The notes beneath the pieces were generated by a model. That model saw only the letters and a list, made by a program, of their open reading frames with translations. It was not told the DNA's origin and did not search any database. Positions 27,437 through 38,219 of a stretch of DNA of 64,000 nt are shown in pieces. The position numbers were made by a program, and so were the translations under genes. This DNA is from Bacteroides sp. (GTDB lineage Bacteria; Bacteroidota; Bacteroidia; Bacteroidales; Bacteroidaceae). Location of the stretch: NCBI GenBank assembly GCA_017559935.1, contig JAFYPV010000128.1, positions 10,735-74,734 of the forward strand, read 5' to 3'. Each line of letters opens with the position of its first letter. Within the stretch, counting starts at the first letter, position 1.

Positions 27437-28495
27437 TTATTTGTCCAAAATCAGCATGGCATCGCCATAAGTACCAAAACGGTAATTTTCTTGCAAAGCT
27501 ATGTCATAAGCTTGCATAATCAAGTCATAACCACCATATGCTGCAACAAGCATCAATAAAGTAGATTCTGGCATGTGGAAGTTAGTGACCATTGAATTCG
27601 CTACCGAGAAATCGTATGGAGGGAAGATGAACTTATTGGTCCAACCTTCGTATTCCTTTAAGTGTCCGTCGGTACCTACAGCTGTTTCGATGGTACGCAT
27701 GACGGTTGTACCTACAGCACAAATGCGGCGACCTTCATCTACAGCATTGTTTACAATTCGGCAAGCGTCGGCTTCTACAAACATCTGTTCGCTATCCATC
27801 TTGTGCTTGGTAAGGTCTTCTACGTCAATTTCGCGGAAATTACCAAGTCCGGCATGCATGGTTACGAAAGCAAAGTCAATACCCTTGATTTCCATGCGTT
27901 TCATCAATTCACGGCTGAAGTGGAGACCAGCTGTTGGAGCGGTTACTGCACCTTCATTTTTTGCAAAGATGGTTTGGAAACGTTCGGCATCGTCTTCTTC
28001 TACCGGGCGATCGATGGTTTCCTTAGGAAGCGGTGTTTCGCCAAGAGCATAGAGTGCTGTCTTGAATTCATCGTGCGGACCGTCGTAAAGGAAACGGAGG
28101 GTACGTCCACGTGAAGTGGTGTTGTCAATCACTTCGGCTACCATTGAATCGTCTTCGCCAAAGTAGAGCTTGTTACCGATACGGATTTTGCGGGCAGGAT
28201 CGACCAATACGTCCCACAAACGGAGTTCTTCATTTAATTCGCGCAACAAGAATACTTCGATACGGGCACCGGTTTTTTCCTTGTTACCATATAAACGAGC
28301 CGGAAAGACTTTGGTATCATTGAAAATGAATACATCTTTATCGTCGAAGTATTCCAGAATGTCCTTGAACATGCGGTGTTCGATTTCACCGGTTTTCTTA
28401 TGTACTACCATGAGGCGTGACTCATCTCTGAACTTAGCCGGGTATTGAGCAATTTTTTCTTCCGGCAACTTGAACTTAAATTGTGATAGTTTCAT
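27437..28495 (-). CDS. queA: SAM:tRNA ribosyltransferase-isomerase
   Basis: [26 protein letters not shown] and YGDAML; start at MKLSQF. Confidence 0.95.
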   Translation of the reverse strand: MKLSQFKFKLPEEKIAQYPAKFRDESRLMVVHKKTGEIEHRMFKDILEYFDDKDVFIFNDTKVFPARLYGNKEKTGARIEVFLLRELNEELRLWDVLVDPARKIRIGNKLYFGEDDSMVAEVIDNTTSRGRTLRFLYDGPHDEFKTALYALGETPLPKETIDRPVEEDDAERFQTIFAKNEGAVTAPTAGLHFSRELMKRMEIKGIDFAFVTMHAGLGNFREIDVEDLTKHKMDSEQMFVEADACRIVNNAVDEGRRICAVGTTVMRTIETAVGTDGHLKEYEGWTNKFIFPPYDFSVANSMVTNFHMPESTLLMLVAAYGGYDLIMQAYDIALQENYRFGTYGDAMLILDK

Positions 28496-28506
28496 AGGGT
28501 CTCTCC

Positions 28507-29211
28507 TTATTCGTTTATAGTTTCTATTTCTTGTTTTTCCAACCATTCGGCGAAGTTTTCTACTTGCATACAGTCTTCTAGCTTCACCTCTCCTACCCGT
28601 GTTCGGATCAATCCGATGAGGTGTGCACCACTATTGAGTGCCTCACCAATGTCTCGTGCCAAAGCACGGATATAGGTTCCTTTCGAACATACCACCCGGA
28701 TTTTGATTACAGGTAATTCACATTCCAACAGTTCGATTTCGTCGATAACAAGTGTCTTGGCTTTTAAGTTGACCTCCTCTCCTTTTCGGGCAAGATCGTA
28801 TGCTCGCTTACCATCTACCATGCAAGCCGAGAAAGCCGGTGGTATCTGTTCGATACTGCCAATAAATTTCTTCAACGTCTCTTCTACCAATTCACGAGTG
28901 ATATGTGCTGTTGAGTACGTTGCATCAATCTCTTTTTCAAGGTCATACGAAGGTGTGGTAGCTCCTAACATCAATGTTGCTACGTATTCTTTGGTGTGAT
29001 ACTGGAACTCTTCGATGCGTTTGGTCGCTTTTCCGGTGCAAATAATCATGACTCCCGTAGCGAGCGGATCAAGTGTACCTGCATGACCTACTTTCAGTTT
29101 TTTTACCCCCATTCGGCGGCAAAGATGATATCTGATTTTATTGACTACCGCAAACGAAGTCCATGTAAGCGGTTTATCAATAAACAATACTTCTCCTTCT
29201 TTAAAATTCAT
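28507..29211 (-). CDS. truB: tRNA pseudouridine(55) synthase
   Basis: [14 protein letters not shown] and [13 protein letters not shown]; start at MNFKEG. Confidence 0.97.
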   Translation of the reverse strand: MNFKEGEVLFIDKPLTWTSFAVVNKIRYHLCRRMGVKKLKVGHAGTLDPLATGVMIICTGKATKRIEEFQYHTKEYVATLMLGATTPSYDLEKEIDATYSTAHITRELVEETLKKFIGSIEQIPPAFSACMVDGKRAYDLARKGEEVNLKAKTLVIDEIELLECELPVIKIRVVCSKGTYIRALARDIGEALNSGAHLIGLIRTRVGEVKLEDCMQVENFAEWLEKQEIETINE

Positions 29212-30056
29212 TAGGCTATAGTTAAGTTTTGTCCGGCAAGCAGCATAACCAGAATGATACCGCCAATAATGATTCGATACCATCCGAATGCCTTGAAGCC
29301 ATATTTTTGTACATATTCAATAAAGAACTTAATGGCAAGCATTGCTACGATAAATGCCACTACGTTACCTACAATCAAGGTAGTCATATTGTCTATGATC
29401 AAATCAGTACCACCTTCCTTGAGGAGCTTGTACATCTTGTACAAGGTAGCTCCGAACATGGTAGGTACAGCAAGGAAGAACGAAAATTCAGCTGCAGCTT
29501 TGCGAGTAAGTCCTTGCGACATCCCCCCTACGATGGTAGCCATGGAGCGTGATACTCCCGGAATCATTGAGATGCATTGGAATAAACCAATCATAAATGC
29601 ACGTTTTTCTGTGAATGGAGTCTTTTCGCTTCCTTTATTGAAAATTTTGTCACAAAACAACATGAAAATACCCCCGATGACCAGCATGATAGCCACTACT
29701 ACAACACTTTCCAACATCGCATCGATGGCATCGCTGAAAAGTAATCCCAATACAGCTGCCGGAACAAAGGCTACAAACAGTTTCCAGTAGAAATCAAACT
29801 TATGAAGGAAACGTTGTAAGCTATTCGCACCTTCGGGAGCCGGAGTGTTGTTCAACTGGAAGAAACGCTTCCAGTACAAAACTACCACCGACAAGATAGC
29901 ACCAAACTGGATAATGAAAGTGAATGCCTTTACAAATTCTGTACTTTCTACTCCCAACAGATTTTGGGCGATAATCATGTGACCGGTGGATGATACCGGC
30001 AAGAATTCAGTTAATCCCTCTACAATAGCAATGATAATTGTTTCAAATATGCTCAT
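29211..30056 (-). CDS. uppP: Undecaprenyl-diphosphate phosphatase
   Basis: [14 protein letters not shown] and PGVSRS. Confidence 0.96.
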   Translation of the reverse strand: MSIFETIIIAIVEGLTEFLPVSSTGHMIIAQNLLGVESTEFVKAFTFIIQFGAILSVVVLYWKRFFQLNNTPAPEGANSLQRFLHKFDFYWKLFVAFVPAAVLGLLFSDAIDAMLESVVVVAIMLVIGGIFMLFCDKIFNKGSEKTPFTEKRAFMIGLFQCISMIPGVSRSMATIVGGMSQGLTRKAAAEFSFFLAVPTMFGATLYKMYKLLKEGGTDLIIDNMTTLIVGNVVAFIVAMLAIKFFIEYVQKYGFKAFGWYRIIIGGIILVMLLAGQNLTIA

Positions 30057-30286
30057 ACTTTTTTATTTTTCGATTTGTGGAGAATACCATAAATCATAAA
30101 TACAAATCCAAACAAACATACAGCTGGAGCTACCTTAATGCGGCGAACGCTGAAAATATCCGGTTCAAAATATCCTTCTGTTGACCCCGGGCCTGTCATT
30201 AACAGAAAACCTAGAATGATAATTGCCATGCCGACAGCCAACAAGATGAAGTTGGTCTTGTCAAAAGCAAACTTTTGTTTATTCAT
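30053..30286 (-). CDS. Small membrane protein (DUF3098-like)
   Basis: Two TM segments and [10 protein letters not shown]; conserved position between ftsX and uppP. Confidence 0.75.
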   Translation of the reverse strand: MNKQKFAFDKTNFILLAVGMAIIILGFLLMTGPGSTEGYFEPDIFSVRRIKVAPAVCLFGFVFMIYGILHKSKNKKV

Positions 30287-30298
30287 CTTTTTTTAGAA

Positions 30299-31174
30299 TT
30301 AAATGTAATAAAGTGCACTTGCCTTCATGCGCAAGTATTTATTGATTGATATATATGCACACATGGAGGTGATTACCAAACCGAATGCAAAAACCGATGC
30401 CATGACAATCAATGTGGTATTCGGTGTGATAATATCGATGAGTTGTGGTTCATATTTTACAAGCATAGCAGCCAATACGATTAAAATGGCATCCGCCATA
30501 AGTCCTGCCAATATACCAATCCATAAATTACGGATTAAGAACGGACGACGGATAAAGGTCCAACTCGCTCCTACCAGCTTCATGGTATGAATAAGAAAGC
30601 GTTTGGAATAAATAGCTAAGCGAATGGTATTATTAATCAACGCAAAAGAAATCAAGGTTAGCAATCCGGCCAATCCCAACAAGAAGATGCTTACCTTCTG
30701 TATGTTACGGTTGACTGAATCAAGCAGGTCTTGCGGATAGCTCACTTCCATGACTTTCTTATTGGCTAATAGTTCTTTTTCTATCCAAGCAATACTGTCT
30801 GAGTTGGCATATTCGGCATTAAGCTTGATTTCAATGGAAGCCGTAAAGGGGTTGTATCCCAAGAATTCGGCTGGGTCGGTACCCATGGCTTCTGTCTGTT
30901 CCTTCAAGGCTTGTTCTTTAGAAATGTATGCCGATTCCTTGACATATGTTTTTGCATTGATTTCTTTTTGGAAATTCAATGCTTCCGGTTCTTTCATGTC
31001 ATCGCTAACTAATACGGTAAAGCCAATGTTCTCTTTCACATAGTTCGAGAGATTGTTGGCCGAAAGGACAAAAAACACCACCATACCCAACAATAAAAGC
31101 ACCAATGTGGTACTGATGCTGGAAGTGATAAACTGCATATTGAAAAAAGAATTCGGTTTCTTTGCCATAATCAT
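30299..31174 (-). CDS. ftsX: Cell division permease-like protein FtsX
   Basis: LINNTIRL...MKLVGA...FIRRPF. Confidence 0.93.
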   Translation of the reverse strand: MIMAKKPNSFFNMQFITSSISTTLVLLLLGMVVFFVLSANNLSNYVKENIGFTVLVSDDMKEPEALNFQKEINAKTYVKESAYISKEQALKEQTEAMGTDPAEFLGYNPFTASIEIKLNAEYANSDSIAWIEKELLANKKVMEVSYPQDLLDSVNRNIQKVSIFLLGLAGLLTLISFALINNTIRLAIYSKRFLIHTMKLVGASWTFIRRPFLIRNLWIGILAGLMADAILIVLAAMLVKYEPQLIDIITPNTTLIVMASVFAFGLVITSMCAYISINKYLRMKASALYYI

Positions 31175-32067
31175 TTCTTTCTGAATACATAAATCATGGA
31201 GCTACTACGCTCCTTCTTTTCCAGGGTACTAAGCCATGCCCATATTCCCGTCCACAATCCTTTTACAAAAGAAAGATTGTTTTTCTTGTACTTCTCGGAC
31301 AGCATAGATACATAGAACGCATCAAACGGCATAGGATATCGCTCTTCCAATGCAAAATTATGTTTGGCTCCAAATTGCTGCATTATAGATGGACTGAAAT
31401 GCCAAAGGTGACGAGGAACATCATAAGCAGCCCACCATTCTTTATATTTCTTGGCATCGTAAGATTCTGGATTCGGTACAGCTACAATGAGTATACCTTT
31501 ATCTTTCAGAATTCGATGGAGGGTTTCCCACATTTCATTTAAATGTTCCAAATGCTCCATCACGTGCCATAAAGTTACGACATCGAAAGTGTTTGGTTGG
31601 TAATTGGAAAGCTGGGTTTCATCGTCTACGCAGAGTCCGAAGCGTTCCTTGGCAAATGCCCGTGCTTGTGGACTTTTCTCTATTGCTTTCACTGTCCATT
31701 TTTTTTGTGTCATGGCATTGGCAAAGTAGCCCGTTCCTGCACCGTAATCCAGTAGTGTTCCTTTCGAACGTTTGGAAGCGCGTTTCACCAAAGCCACCTT
31801 TTGGGAAAGCATGAATTTCCGTACCCAATGATAGACTCGGTTCATCAATCCCTTTTGTGTATCAGTGTGTGAGATATATTCTGGAGTCTCATAATACTTG
31901 CCGATTTCGCTTTCTACCGGTGCGTTTTGCGTCATTAGAAAACTACAATGCACACACCGGACAACCTCGAACTTTTCGCCCGAAGCATAATGATCCGTAC
32001 AAGTCAAAGTATGTTCCAATTGTTGTCCGCCGCACAACGGGCATGTATCTATCTTGAGTCTATCCAC
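31171..32067 (-). CDS. Class I SAM-dependent methyltransferase with an N-terminal zinc ribbon
   Basis: CPLC...CVHC, LLDYGAGTG, WHVMEH and PRHL; likely GTG start at 32067. Confidence 0.85.
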   Translation of the reverse strand: MDRLKIDTCPLCGGQQLEHTLTCTDHYASGEKFEVVRCVHCSFLMTQNAPVESEIGKYYETPEYISHTDTQKGLMNRVYHWVRKFMLSQKVALVKRASKRSKGTLLDYGAGTGYFANAMTQKKWTVKAIEKSPQARAFAKERFGLCVDDETQLSNYQPNTFDVVTLWHVMEHLEHLNEMWETLHRILKDKGILIVAVPNPESYDAKKYKEWWAAYDVPRHLWHFSPSIMQQFGAKHNFALEERYPMPFDAFYVSMLSEKYKKNNLSFVKGLWTGIWAWLSTLEKKERSSSMIYVFRKK

Positions 32068-32203
32068 TTTTAACCCTAATTTGCTGCAAAATAACAAATA
32101 AATTGCTTATAGACGGTGTTTCTTTAAGGACTTTTAAGAGTATAAATGCGCTAAGAGGGATGTTTTTCTATACATTTGCACCAAATCTTTAAAATTTAGT
32201 AAA

Positions 32204-32389
32204 ATGGCAGATAAAAAGTTAGTTCGTTCGGCAGACAAGAAGATTGCTGGTGTATGTGGTGGTTTGGCCGAATATTTCGGTTTGGATGTTAGCATCATTC
32301 GTATTGTGTGGTTGCTTTGTGTGTTGTTGGGTGGTTTTGGCTTGATGGCTTACCTCATCATGTGGATTGTAATGCCGGCACAGAAGTAA
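32204..32389 (+). CDS. PspC domain protein
   Basis: KIAGVCGGLAEYFG...AYLIMWIVMP. Confidence 0.92.
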   Translation: MADKKLVRSADKKIAGVCGGLAEYFGLDVSIIRIVWLLCVLLGGFGLMAYLIMWIVMPAQK

Positions 32390-32413
32390 TTTTAAATAGT
32401 GAATAGAGAAATG

Positions 32414-32444
32414 AAAAAGGCTTGGATGATTTGTCCAAGCCTTT
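32414..32444. terminator. Bidirectional terminator
   Basis: AAAGGCTTGGA / TCCAAGCCTTT. Confidence 0.8.
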
Positions 32445-32452
32445 ATTGTATA

Positions 32453-32854
32453 TTATCCAATTCCCAATAATTCTACCTCGAAAATAAGAGTAGAGAAAGC
32501 AGGAATAGGACCACTAGTTTTGGTGCCGTAGCCCAATTCGTAAGGTATGTAGATTATCCACTTATCACCCACGTGCATTTGTTGGAGAGCAAGCTGCCAT
32601 CCGTCTATAACCTCGCAAAGGCGGAAGGCCTCAGGGCAGTTTCGCTTATAAGAGTTGTCGAACTCTTTGCCATCGATTAAGGAACCTTTGTAGTGTACGC
32701 TAACAATGCTGCGGATAGTGGGAGAGGTGGTTCCTGTTCCTTGCTCCAACACTTTATAATAAATGCCGCAAGGAAGGCTCATGATGCCTTCCTCTGCAGA
32801 TAAGTCTTTCAAGAACTGGGTATTCTTTTGCTTGTATAATTCTTTTTTACTCAT
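32453..32854 (-). CDS. FKBP-type peptidyl-prolyl isomerase
   Basis: VHYKGSLIDGKEFD, VIDGW, YELGYG and LIFEVEL. Confidence 0.93.
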   Translation of the reverse strand: MSKKELYKQKNTQFLKDLSAEEGIMSLPCGIYYKVLEQGTGTTSPTIRSIVSVHYKGSLIDGKEFDNSYKRNCPEAFRLCEVIDGWQLALQQMHVGDKWIIYIPYELGYGTKTSGPIPAFSTLIFEVELLGIG

Positions 32855-34227
32855 TCGAAAACTTCTTCACCGATTAAAGTTGCTGAACTGGAAGCTGTTA
32901 CGCGTACGTTTACGAAATCGCCAATGCGGTGGTTTCCACGATTGAATACTACCACTTTATTTTGCTGTGTACGGCCGAAGAGTTGTTCTTTCGAGCGTTT
33001 TGAAACTCCTTCTACCATCACTTCGAACACTTTGCCCACATCCTTGGCATTGCTTTCAGCTGAGAGTTGGTTCTGCAATTCAATGATTTCGTTCAAACGG
33101 CGAATCTTGATTTCTTCTGAAATGTCATCGGGCAAGTGTTTTGAAGCATAAGTACCCGGACGTTCCGAATATTTGAACATGAAAGCAGAATCGTAACCAC
33201 ACTCACGCATTAAGGAGAGTGATTCCTGGTGATCTTCTTCCGTTTCTGAGTGGTAACCCGAGAAGATGTCGGTACTCAATCCGCAGTCTGGAATGATGCG
33301 ACGAATAGCTGCTACACGGTCAAGGTACCATTCGCGGGTGTATTTGCGGTTCATCAGTTTCAAGATACGTGAACTTCCGCTTTGTACCGGCAAGTGAATG
33401 TGTTTGCATACGTTTGGTACATCGGCAATTACTTGGAGGGTTTCATCGCTCATGTCCTTTGGGTGTGAGGTGGTGAAACGAACGCGCATGTTTGGTACAG
33501 CTTCGGCCACGGTACGGAGCAGGGTAGGGAAGTTGATGATTTCGCCATCCTTTTCAAAACGATAAGAATTTACATTTTGACCAAGCAAAGTTACTTCTCT
33601 ATAACCTTTCGAAGAGAGGTCAAGAACTTCATTCAGAATACTTTCTACGTCACGGCTACGTTCGCGTCCACGAGTGTAAGGGACAATACAATAGTGGCAG
33701 AAATTATTACATCCACGCATAATACTCACAAAACCAGAAATGTGGTTCCCACAAATACGGGATGGAATGACATCTCGATAAGTTTCTGTGGTAGACAGTT
33801 CTACGTTGATGGCTTTTTCGCCAGCTTCTACCGAAGCAATCAATTCCGGAAGAGACAAATAAGCATCCGGTCCTACAACCAAATCCACATGGTGATTGTC
33901 AATTAGGTCTTGCTTGGCACGTTCTGCCATACAGCCTAAAACACCGACAATCAGCTGGCTACGCTTGCTCCGCTTACAGTTCATGGCATGAAAAAATTCC
34001 AAGCGGTTGATGATCTTCTGTTCGGCATTGTCACGGATAGAGCAAGTATTCATGAATACGGCATCGGCTTCGTCGAGTGAATTGCAAACGCTGTATCCTG
34101 CCATCTGCATAATAGAAGCTACTACTTCGCTGTCGGCTACATTCATCTGGCAGCCATACGTTTCGATAAAAAGTTTTTTGTTGTCGGTCGCTGATTTAAA
34201 GTCAGCTCCCATTGTTTCTTTTGTCAT
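32851..34227 (-). CDS. miaB: tRNA-i6A37 methylthiotransferase
   Basis: TYGCQMN, NTCSIR and GCNNFCHYC motifs; TRAM domain. Confidence 0.96.
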   Translation of the reverse strand: MTKETMGADFKSATDNKKLFIETYGCQMNVADSEVVASIMQMAGYSVCNSLDEADAVFMNTCSIRDNAEQKIINRLEFFHAMNCKRSKRSQLIVGVLGCMAERAKQDLIDNHHVDLVVGPDAYLSLPELIASVEAGEKAINVELSTTETYRDVIPSRICGNHISGFVSIMRGCNNFCHYCIVPYTRGRERSRDVESILNEVLDLSSKGYREVTLLGQNVNSYRFEKDGEIINFPTLLRTVAEAVPNMRVRFTTSHPKDMSDETLQVIADVPNVCKHIHLPVQSGSSRILKLMNRKYTREWYLDRVAAIRRIIPDCGLSTDIFSGYHSETEEDHQESLSLMRECGYDSAFMFKYSERPGTYASKHLPDDISEEIKIRRLNEIIELQNQLSAESNAKDVGKVFEVMVEGVSKRSKEQLFGRTQQNKVVVFNRGNHRIGDFVNVRVTASSSATLIGEEVFE

Positions 34228-34363
34228 ATTAATTTAGCATTTAATTCGATGCAAAATTAGTAATAATCATCTTTTTTTAAAAAACGCTGCCACGTTTTTT
34301 CTATTCCGTTTTCGTTTCTTATCTTTGCTCCCCCTTAATAATCATTAAAAAGAAAGGATTACC

Positions 34364-36979
34364 GTGGCAAAAGATGTTGTAATGACCCCCATGATGAAAC
34401 AATACTTCGAGTTGAAGGAGAAACACCCGGATGCGGTGATGCTTTTCCGTTGTGGTGACTTTTATGAAACTTACTCGGAGGATGCGATAACAGCAGCTAA
34501 TATTCTGGGAATTACACTCACCAAGCGTGCTAATGGACAGGCTAAACATGTGGAAATGGCAGGCTTTCCTTTCCATGCACTTGATACATACTTGCCTAAA
34601 TTGATTCGTGCCGGTAAGCGTGTGGCTATCTGTGATCAGCTTGAAGATCCGAAGCTGACCAAGAAATTGGTTAAGAGAGGCATCACCGAGTTGGTGACTC
34701 CAGGAGTGGCCATTAATGATAATGTATTGTCGTACAAAGAAAACAATTTCTTGGCAGCAGTACATTTCGGTAAGTCATCGTGTGGTATAGCCTTTTTAGA
34801 TATTTCTACTGGTGAGTTCCTGACTGCCGAAGGACCTTTTGATTACATCGATAAGTTGTTGAATAATTTTGCTCCGAAAGAAGTGCTTTTTGAGCGAGGC
34901 AAGCGTGGTATGTTTGAAGGAAACTTCGGTAGTAAATTCTTTACATTCGAACTGGAAGATTGGGTGTTTAATGAGACTTCTTCTCGTGAGAAGTTACTAA
35001 AGCACTTCGAAACGAAGAATTTGAAAGGTTTTGGGGTAGAGCATTTAAAAAATGGCATCGTTGCATCAGGAGCTATTCTTCAATATTTGGAGATGACGCA
35101 ACATTTGCAAATCGGACATATCACTTCGCTTTCTAGAATTGAAGAGGACCGTTATGTGCGTTTGGATAAGTTTACAGTCCGAAGCTTGGAATTGTTGGGA
35201 AGCATGAACGATGGAGGTACCAGCTTGTTGGGTGTGATTGACAAGACCATCAGTCCAATGGGAGCTCGTCTTTTGAAGCGTTGGGTAGTCTTTCCTTTGA
35301 AGGATGAGAAACCTATCAACGAACGTTTGGATGTGGTGGAATTTTTCTTTCGTGAGCCTGATTTCAAGGATTTTATTGAAGAGAAACTGCATTTGATTGG
35401 CGACCTTGAGCGTATTGTTTCGAAGGCTGCTGTAGGGCGTATTTCTCCTCGTGAGGTAGTACAATTGAAAGTAGCCTTGCAAGCTATTGAACCGATTAAA
35501 AATGCCTGCCTGAATGCGGAAAATGAAAGTTTGAGACGCATTGGTGAACATTTGAATCTGTGCGAAAGCATCCGAAACCGCATAGCTAAAGAAATAAAGA
35601 ATGATCCTCCCTTGATGGTAAATAAAGGTGGGGTAATAGCGGATGGAATTAATGCTGAGTTGGATGAGCTTCGTCAAATAGCTTATTCGGGTAAGGATTA
35701 TCTTCTCCAGATGCAACAGCGCGAAAGTGAAAGAACAGAGATTCCAAGTTTAAAGATTGCTTACAATAATGTGTTTGGGTATTATATTGAAGTCCGTAAT
35801 ACTCATAAAGATAAGGTGCCTGCCGATTGGATTCGTAAGCAAACATTGGTAAATGCTGAACGATACATAACACAGGAACTGAAAGAATACGAAGAAAAGA
35901 TTTTGGGTGCTGAGGACAAGATTTTGTCACTTGAAACCAAACTATATAATGATTTGGTCATTGACTTGGCTGAATACATTCCAGCTATCCAGATTAATGC
36001 GACTCAGGTGGCACGATTGGATTGTTTATTAGCTTTTGCTAATGTAGCGAGAGAAAACAAGTATATTCGACCGGTGATTGAAGATAGTGATGTGATAGAT
36101 ATCCGCCAAGGGCGTCATCCAGTTATTGAAAGGCAGTTGCCGGTGGGAGAGAAGTACATTGCAAATGATGTCTTTTTGGATGCTGAAAGCCAACAAATTA
36201 TCATCATTACCGGTCCTAATATGGCAGGTAAATCGGCTTTGCTTCGTCAGACTGCATTGATAACCTTATTGGCTCAAATCGGCTGTTTTGTGCCGGCAGA
36301 AAGTGCCCGTATCGGATTGGTTGATAAAATCTTTACTCGTGTGGGGGCGAGTGACAATATTTCGGTAGGAGAGTCTACTTTTATGGTTGAAATGAATGAG
36401 GCGGCTGATATCTTGAATAACCTTTCACCAAGAAGTCTGGTGCTTTTTGATGAATTGGGACGAGGTACATCCACTTATGATGGTATCTCTATTGCATGGG
36501 CAATTGTAGAGCATATTCATGAGCATCCTAAGGCAAAGGCACGAACGTTATTTGCTACCCACTATCATGAGTTGAACGAGATGGAAAAGTCATTCAAGCG
36601 TATTAAGAACTACAATGTTTCAGTTAAGGAAGTAGACAATAAGGTGATTTTCTTGCGCAAGTTGGAAAGGGGAGGAAGCGAACACTCGTTTGGTATTCAT
36701 GTGGCGAAGCTGGCAGGTATGCCTAAAAATATTGTAAAGCGTGCCAATACCATTTTGAACCAGTTGGAAACGGATAATAGACAGCAGGGTATTTCTTCTA
36801 AGCCAACTGCTGAAATTGCATCCAATCGCGATGGTATGCAACTTAGTTTCTTCCAATTGGATGATCCTATATTGTGCCAGGTGCGTGATGAAATTCTGAA
36901 TCTTGATGTAAATAATCTTACTCCATTAGAAGCTTTGAATAAGCTAAATGAAATTAAGAAAATTGTTAGAGGGAAATAA
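34364..36979 (+). CDS. mutS: DNA mismatch repair protein MutS
   Basis: [30 protein letters not shown] and FATHYHEL. Confidence 0.98.
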   Translation: MAKDVVMTPMMKQYFELKEKHPDAVMLFRCGDFYETYSEDAITAANILGITLTKRANGQAKHVEMAGFPFHALDTYLPKLIRAGKRVAICDQLEDPKLTKKLVKRGITELVTPGVAINDNVLSYKENNFLAAVHFGKSSCGIAFLDISTGEFLTAEGPFDYIDKLLNNFAPKEVLFERGKRGMFEGNFGSKFFTFELEDWVFNETSSREKLLKHFETKNLKGFGVEHLKNGIVASGAILQYLEMTQHLQIGHITSLSRIEEDRYVRLDKFTVRSLELLGSMNDGGTSLLGVIDKTISPMGARLLKRWVVFPLKDEKPINERLDVVEFFFREPDFKDFIEEKLHLIGDLERIVSKAAVGRISPREVVQLKVALQAIEPIKNACLNAENESLRRIGEHLNLCESIRNRIAKEIKNDPPLMVNKGGVIADGINAELDELRQIAYSGKDYLLQMQQRESERTEIPSLKIAYNNVFGYYIEVRNTHKDKVPADWIRKQTLVNAERYITQELKEYEEKILGAEDKILSLETKLYNDLVIDLAEYIPAIQINATQVARLDCLLAFANVARENKYIRPVIEDSDVIDIRQGRHPVIERQLPVGEKYIANDVFLDAESQQIIIITGPNMAGKSALLRQTALITLLAQIGCFVPAESARIGLVDKIFTRVGASDNISVGESTFMVEMNEAADILNNLSPRSLVLFDELGRGTSTYDGISIAWAIVEHIHEHPKAKARTLFATHYHELNEMEKSFKRIKNYNVSVKEVDNKVIFLRKLERGGSEHSFGIHVAKLAGMPKNIVKRANTILNQLETDNRQQGISSKPTAEIASNRDGMQLSFFQLDDPILCQVRDEILNLDVNNLTPLEALNKLNEIKKIVRGK

Positions 36980-37022
36980 AAAAGAAAGGCGATAACTATT
37001 ACTGGTTATCGCCTTTCTTTTT
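36979..37022. terminator. Bidirectional terminator
   Basis: AAAGAAAGGCGATAAC / GTTATCGCCTTTCTTT. Confidence 0.88.
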
Positions 37023-37036
37023 ATCATGCTTACAGA

Positions 37037-38140
37037 TTATACATTGAAACGGAAGTGCATGATGTCACCATCCTGAACAACGTATTCCTTACCTTCTACA
37101 CCCATCTTTCCTGCTTCCTTTACTGCTGCTTCTGAACCATATTTAATATAGTCTTCGTACTTGATAACTTCTGCACGGATAAAGCCCTTTTCGAAATCTG
37201 TGTGGATAACACCGGCGCATTGCGGAGCTTTCCAGCCTTTGCGGTATGTCCAAGCCTTTACTTCCATTTCACCGGCTGTGATGAAAGTTTCAAGGTTCAA
37301 AAGTTTGTAAATAGCCTTGATCAAACGGTCGCAGCCTGATTCTGTCAGACCCATATCTTCCAAGAACATTTGCTTTTCTTCGTAGCTTTCCAACTCTGCT
37401 ATATCAGCTTCTGTTTGTGCACTTATAATCAATAATTCTGCTTCTTCGTCCTTGATAGCTTCGCGAACAGCTTCTACATAAGGATTGCCATTGGCAGCAG
37501 CAGTATCGTCCACGTTACATACATAAAGTACTGGCTTGGTAGTAAGGAGGAACAAGCCTTTGGCTGCTGTTTGTTCGTCTTCTGTTTCGAATGTTACGGT
37601 TCGGGCTGACTTGCCTTGCAAAAGAGCGTCACGATAAGTTACGAGTACGTCATATTCAATTTTTGCTTGTTTGTCACCGCCTACTCTAGCTTGTTTTTCT
37701 ACACGCTTGATACGGTTTTCTACAGTTTCCAAGTCTTTCAATTGTAATTCAGCATCGATAATTTCCTTATCACGGACAGGGTTTACAGAACCATCTACGT
37801 GTACGATGTTATCATTGTCGAAGCAGCGAAGTACGTGAATAATTGCGTCGGTTTCACGGATATTACCTAAGAATTGGTTGCCCAATCCTTCACCTTGGCT
37901 AGCGCCTTTTACCAAACCGGCGATATCTACGATGTCGCAAGTAGCAGGAACTATTCGTCCCGGCTTAACTAATTCAGCCAACTTGTTCAGTCTTTCATCA
38001 GGTACGGAAATCTGTCCTTGTTGTGCATCAATAGTACAAAAAGGATAGTTTGCACTCTGCGCCTTTGCGCTTGAAAGACAATTAAATAATGTGGATTTTC
38101 CAACGTTAGGAAGACCTACAATACCAGCTTTTAATGCCAT
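37037..38140 (-). CDS. ychF: Redox-regulated ATPase YchF
   Basis: GLPNVGKST, NYPFCT, DIAGLV and YVVQDGD; start at MALKAG. Confidence 0.96.
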   Translation of the reverse strand: MALKAGIVGLPNVGKSTLFNCLSSAKAQSANYPFCTIDAQQGQISVPDERLNKLAELVKPGRIVPATCDIVDIAGLVKGASQGEGLGNQFLGNIRETDAIIHVLRCFDNDNIVHVDGSVNPVRDKEIIDAELQLKDLETVENRIKRVEKQARVGGDKQAKIEYDVLVTYRDALLQGKSARTVTFETEDEQTAAKGLFLLTTKPVLYVCNVDDTAAANGNPYVEAVREAIKDEEAELLIISAQTEADIAELESYEEKQMFLEDMGLTESGCDRLIKAIYKLLNLETFITAGEMEVKAWTYRKGWKAPQCAGVIHTDFEKGFIRAEVIKYEDYIKYGSEAAVKEAGKMGVEGKEYVVQDGDIMHFRFNV

Positions 38141-38219
38141 ATATACTTGTTTTTGATGTTTATCGCTTAATTCGGTTGCAAAGATACTTATTCTTTTGGA
38201 AGATACCAAAAACAGTTTA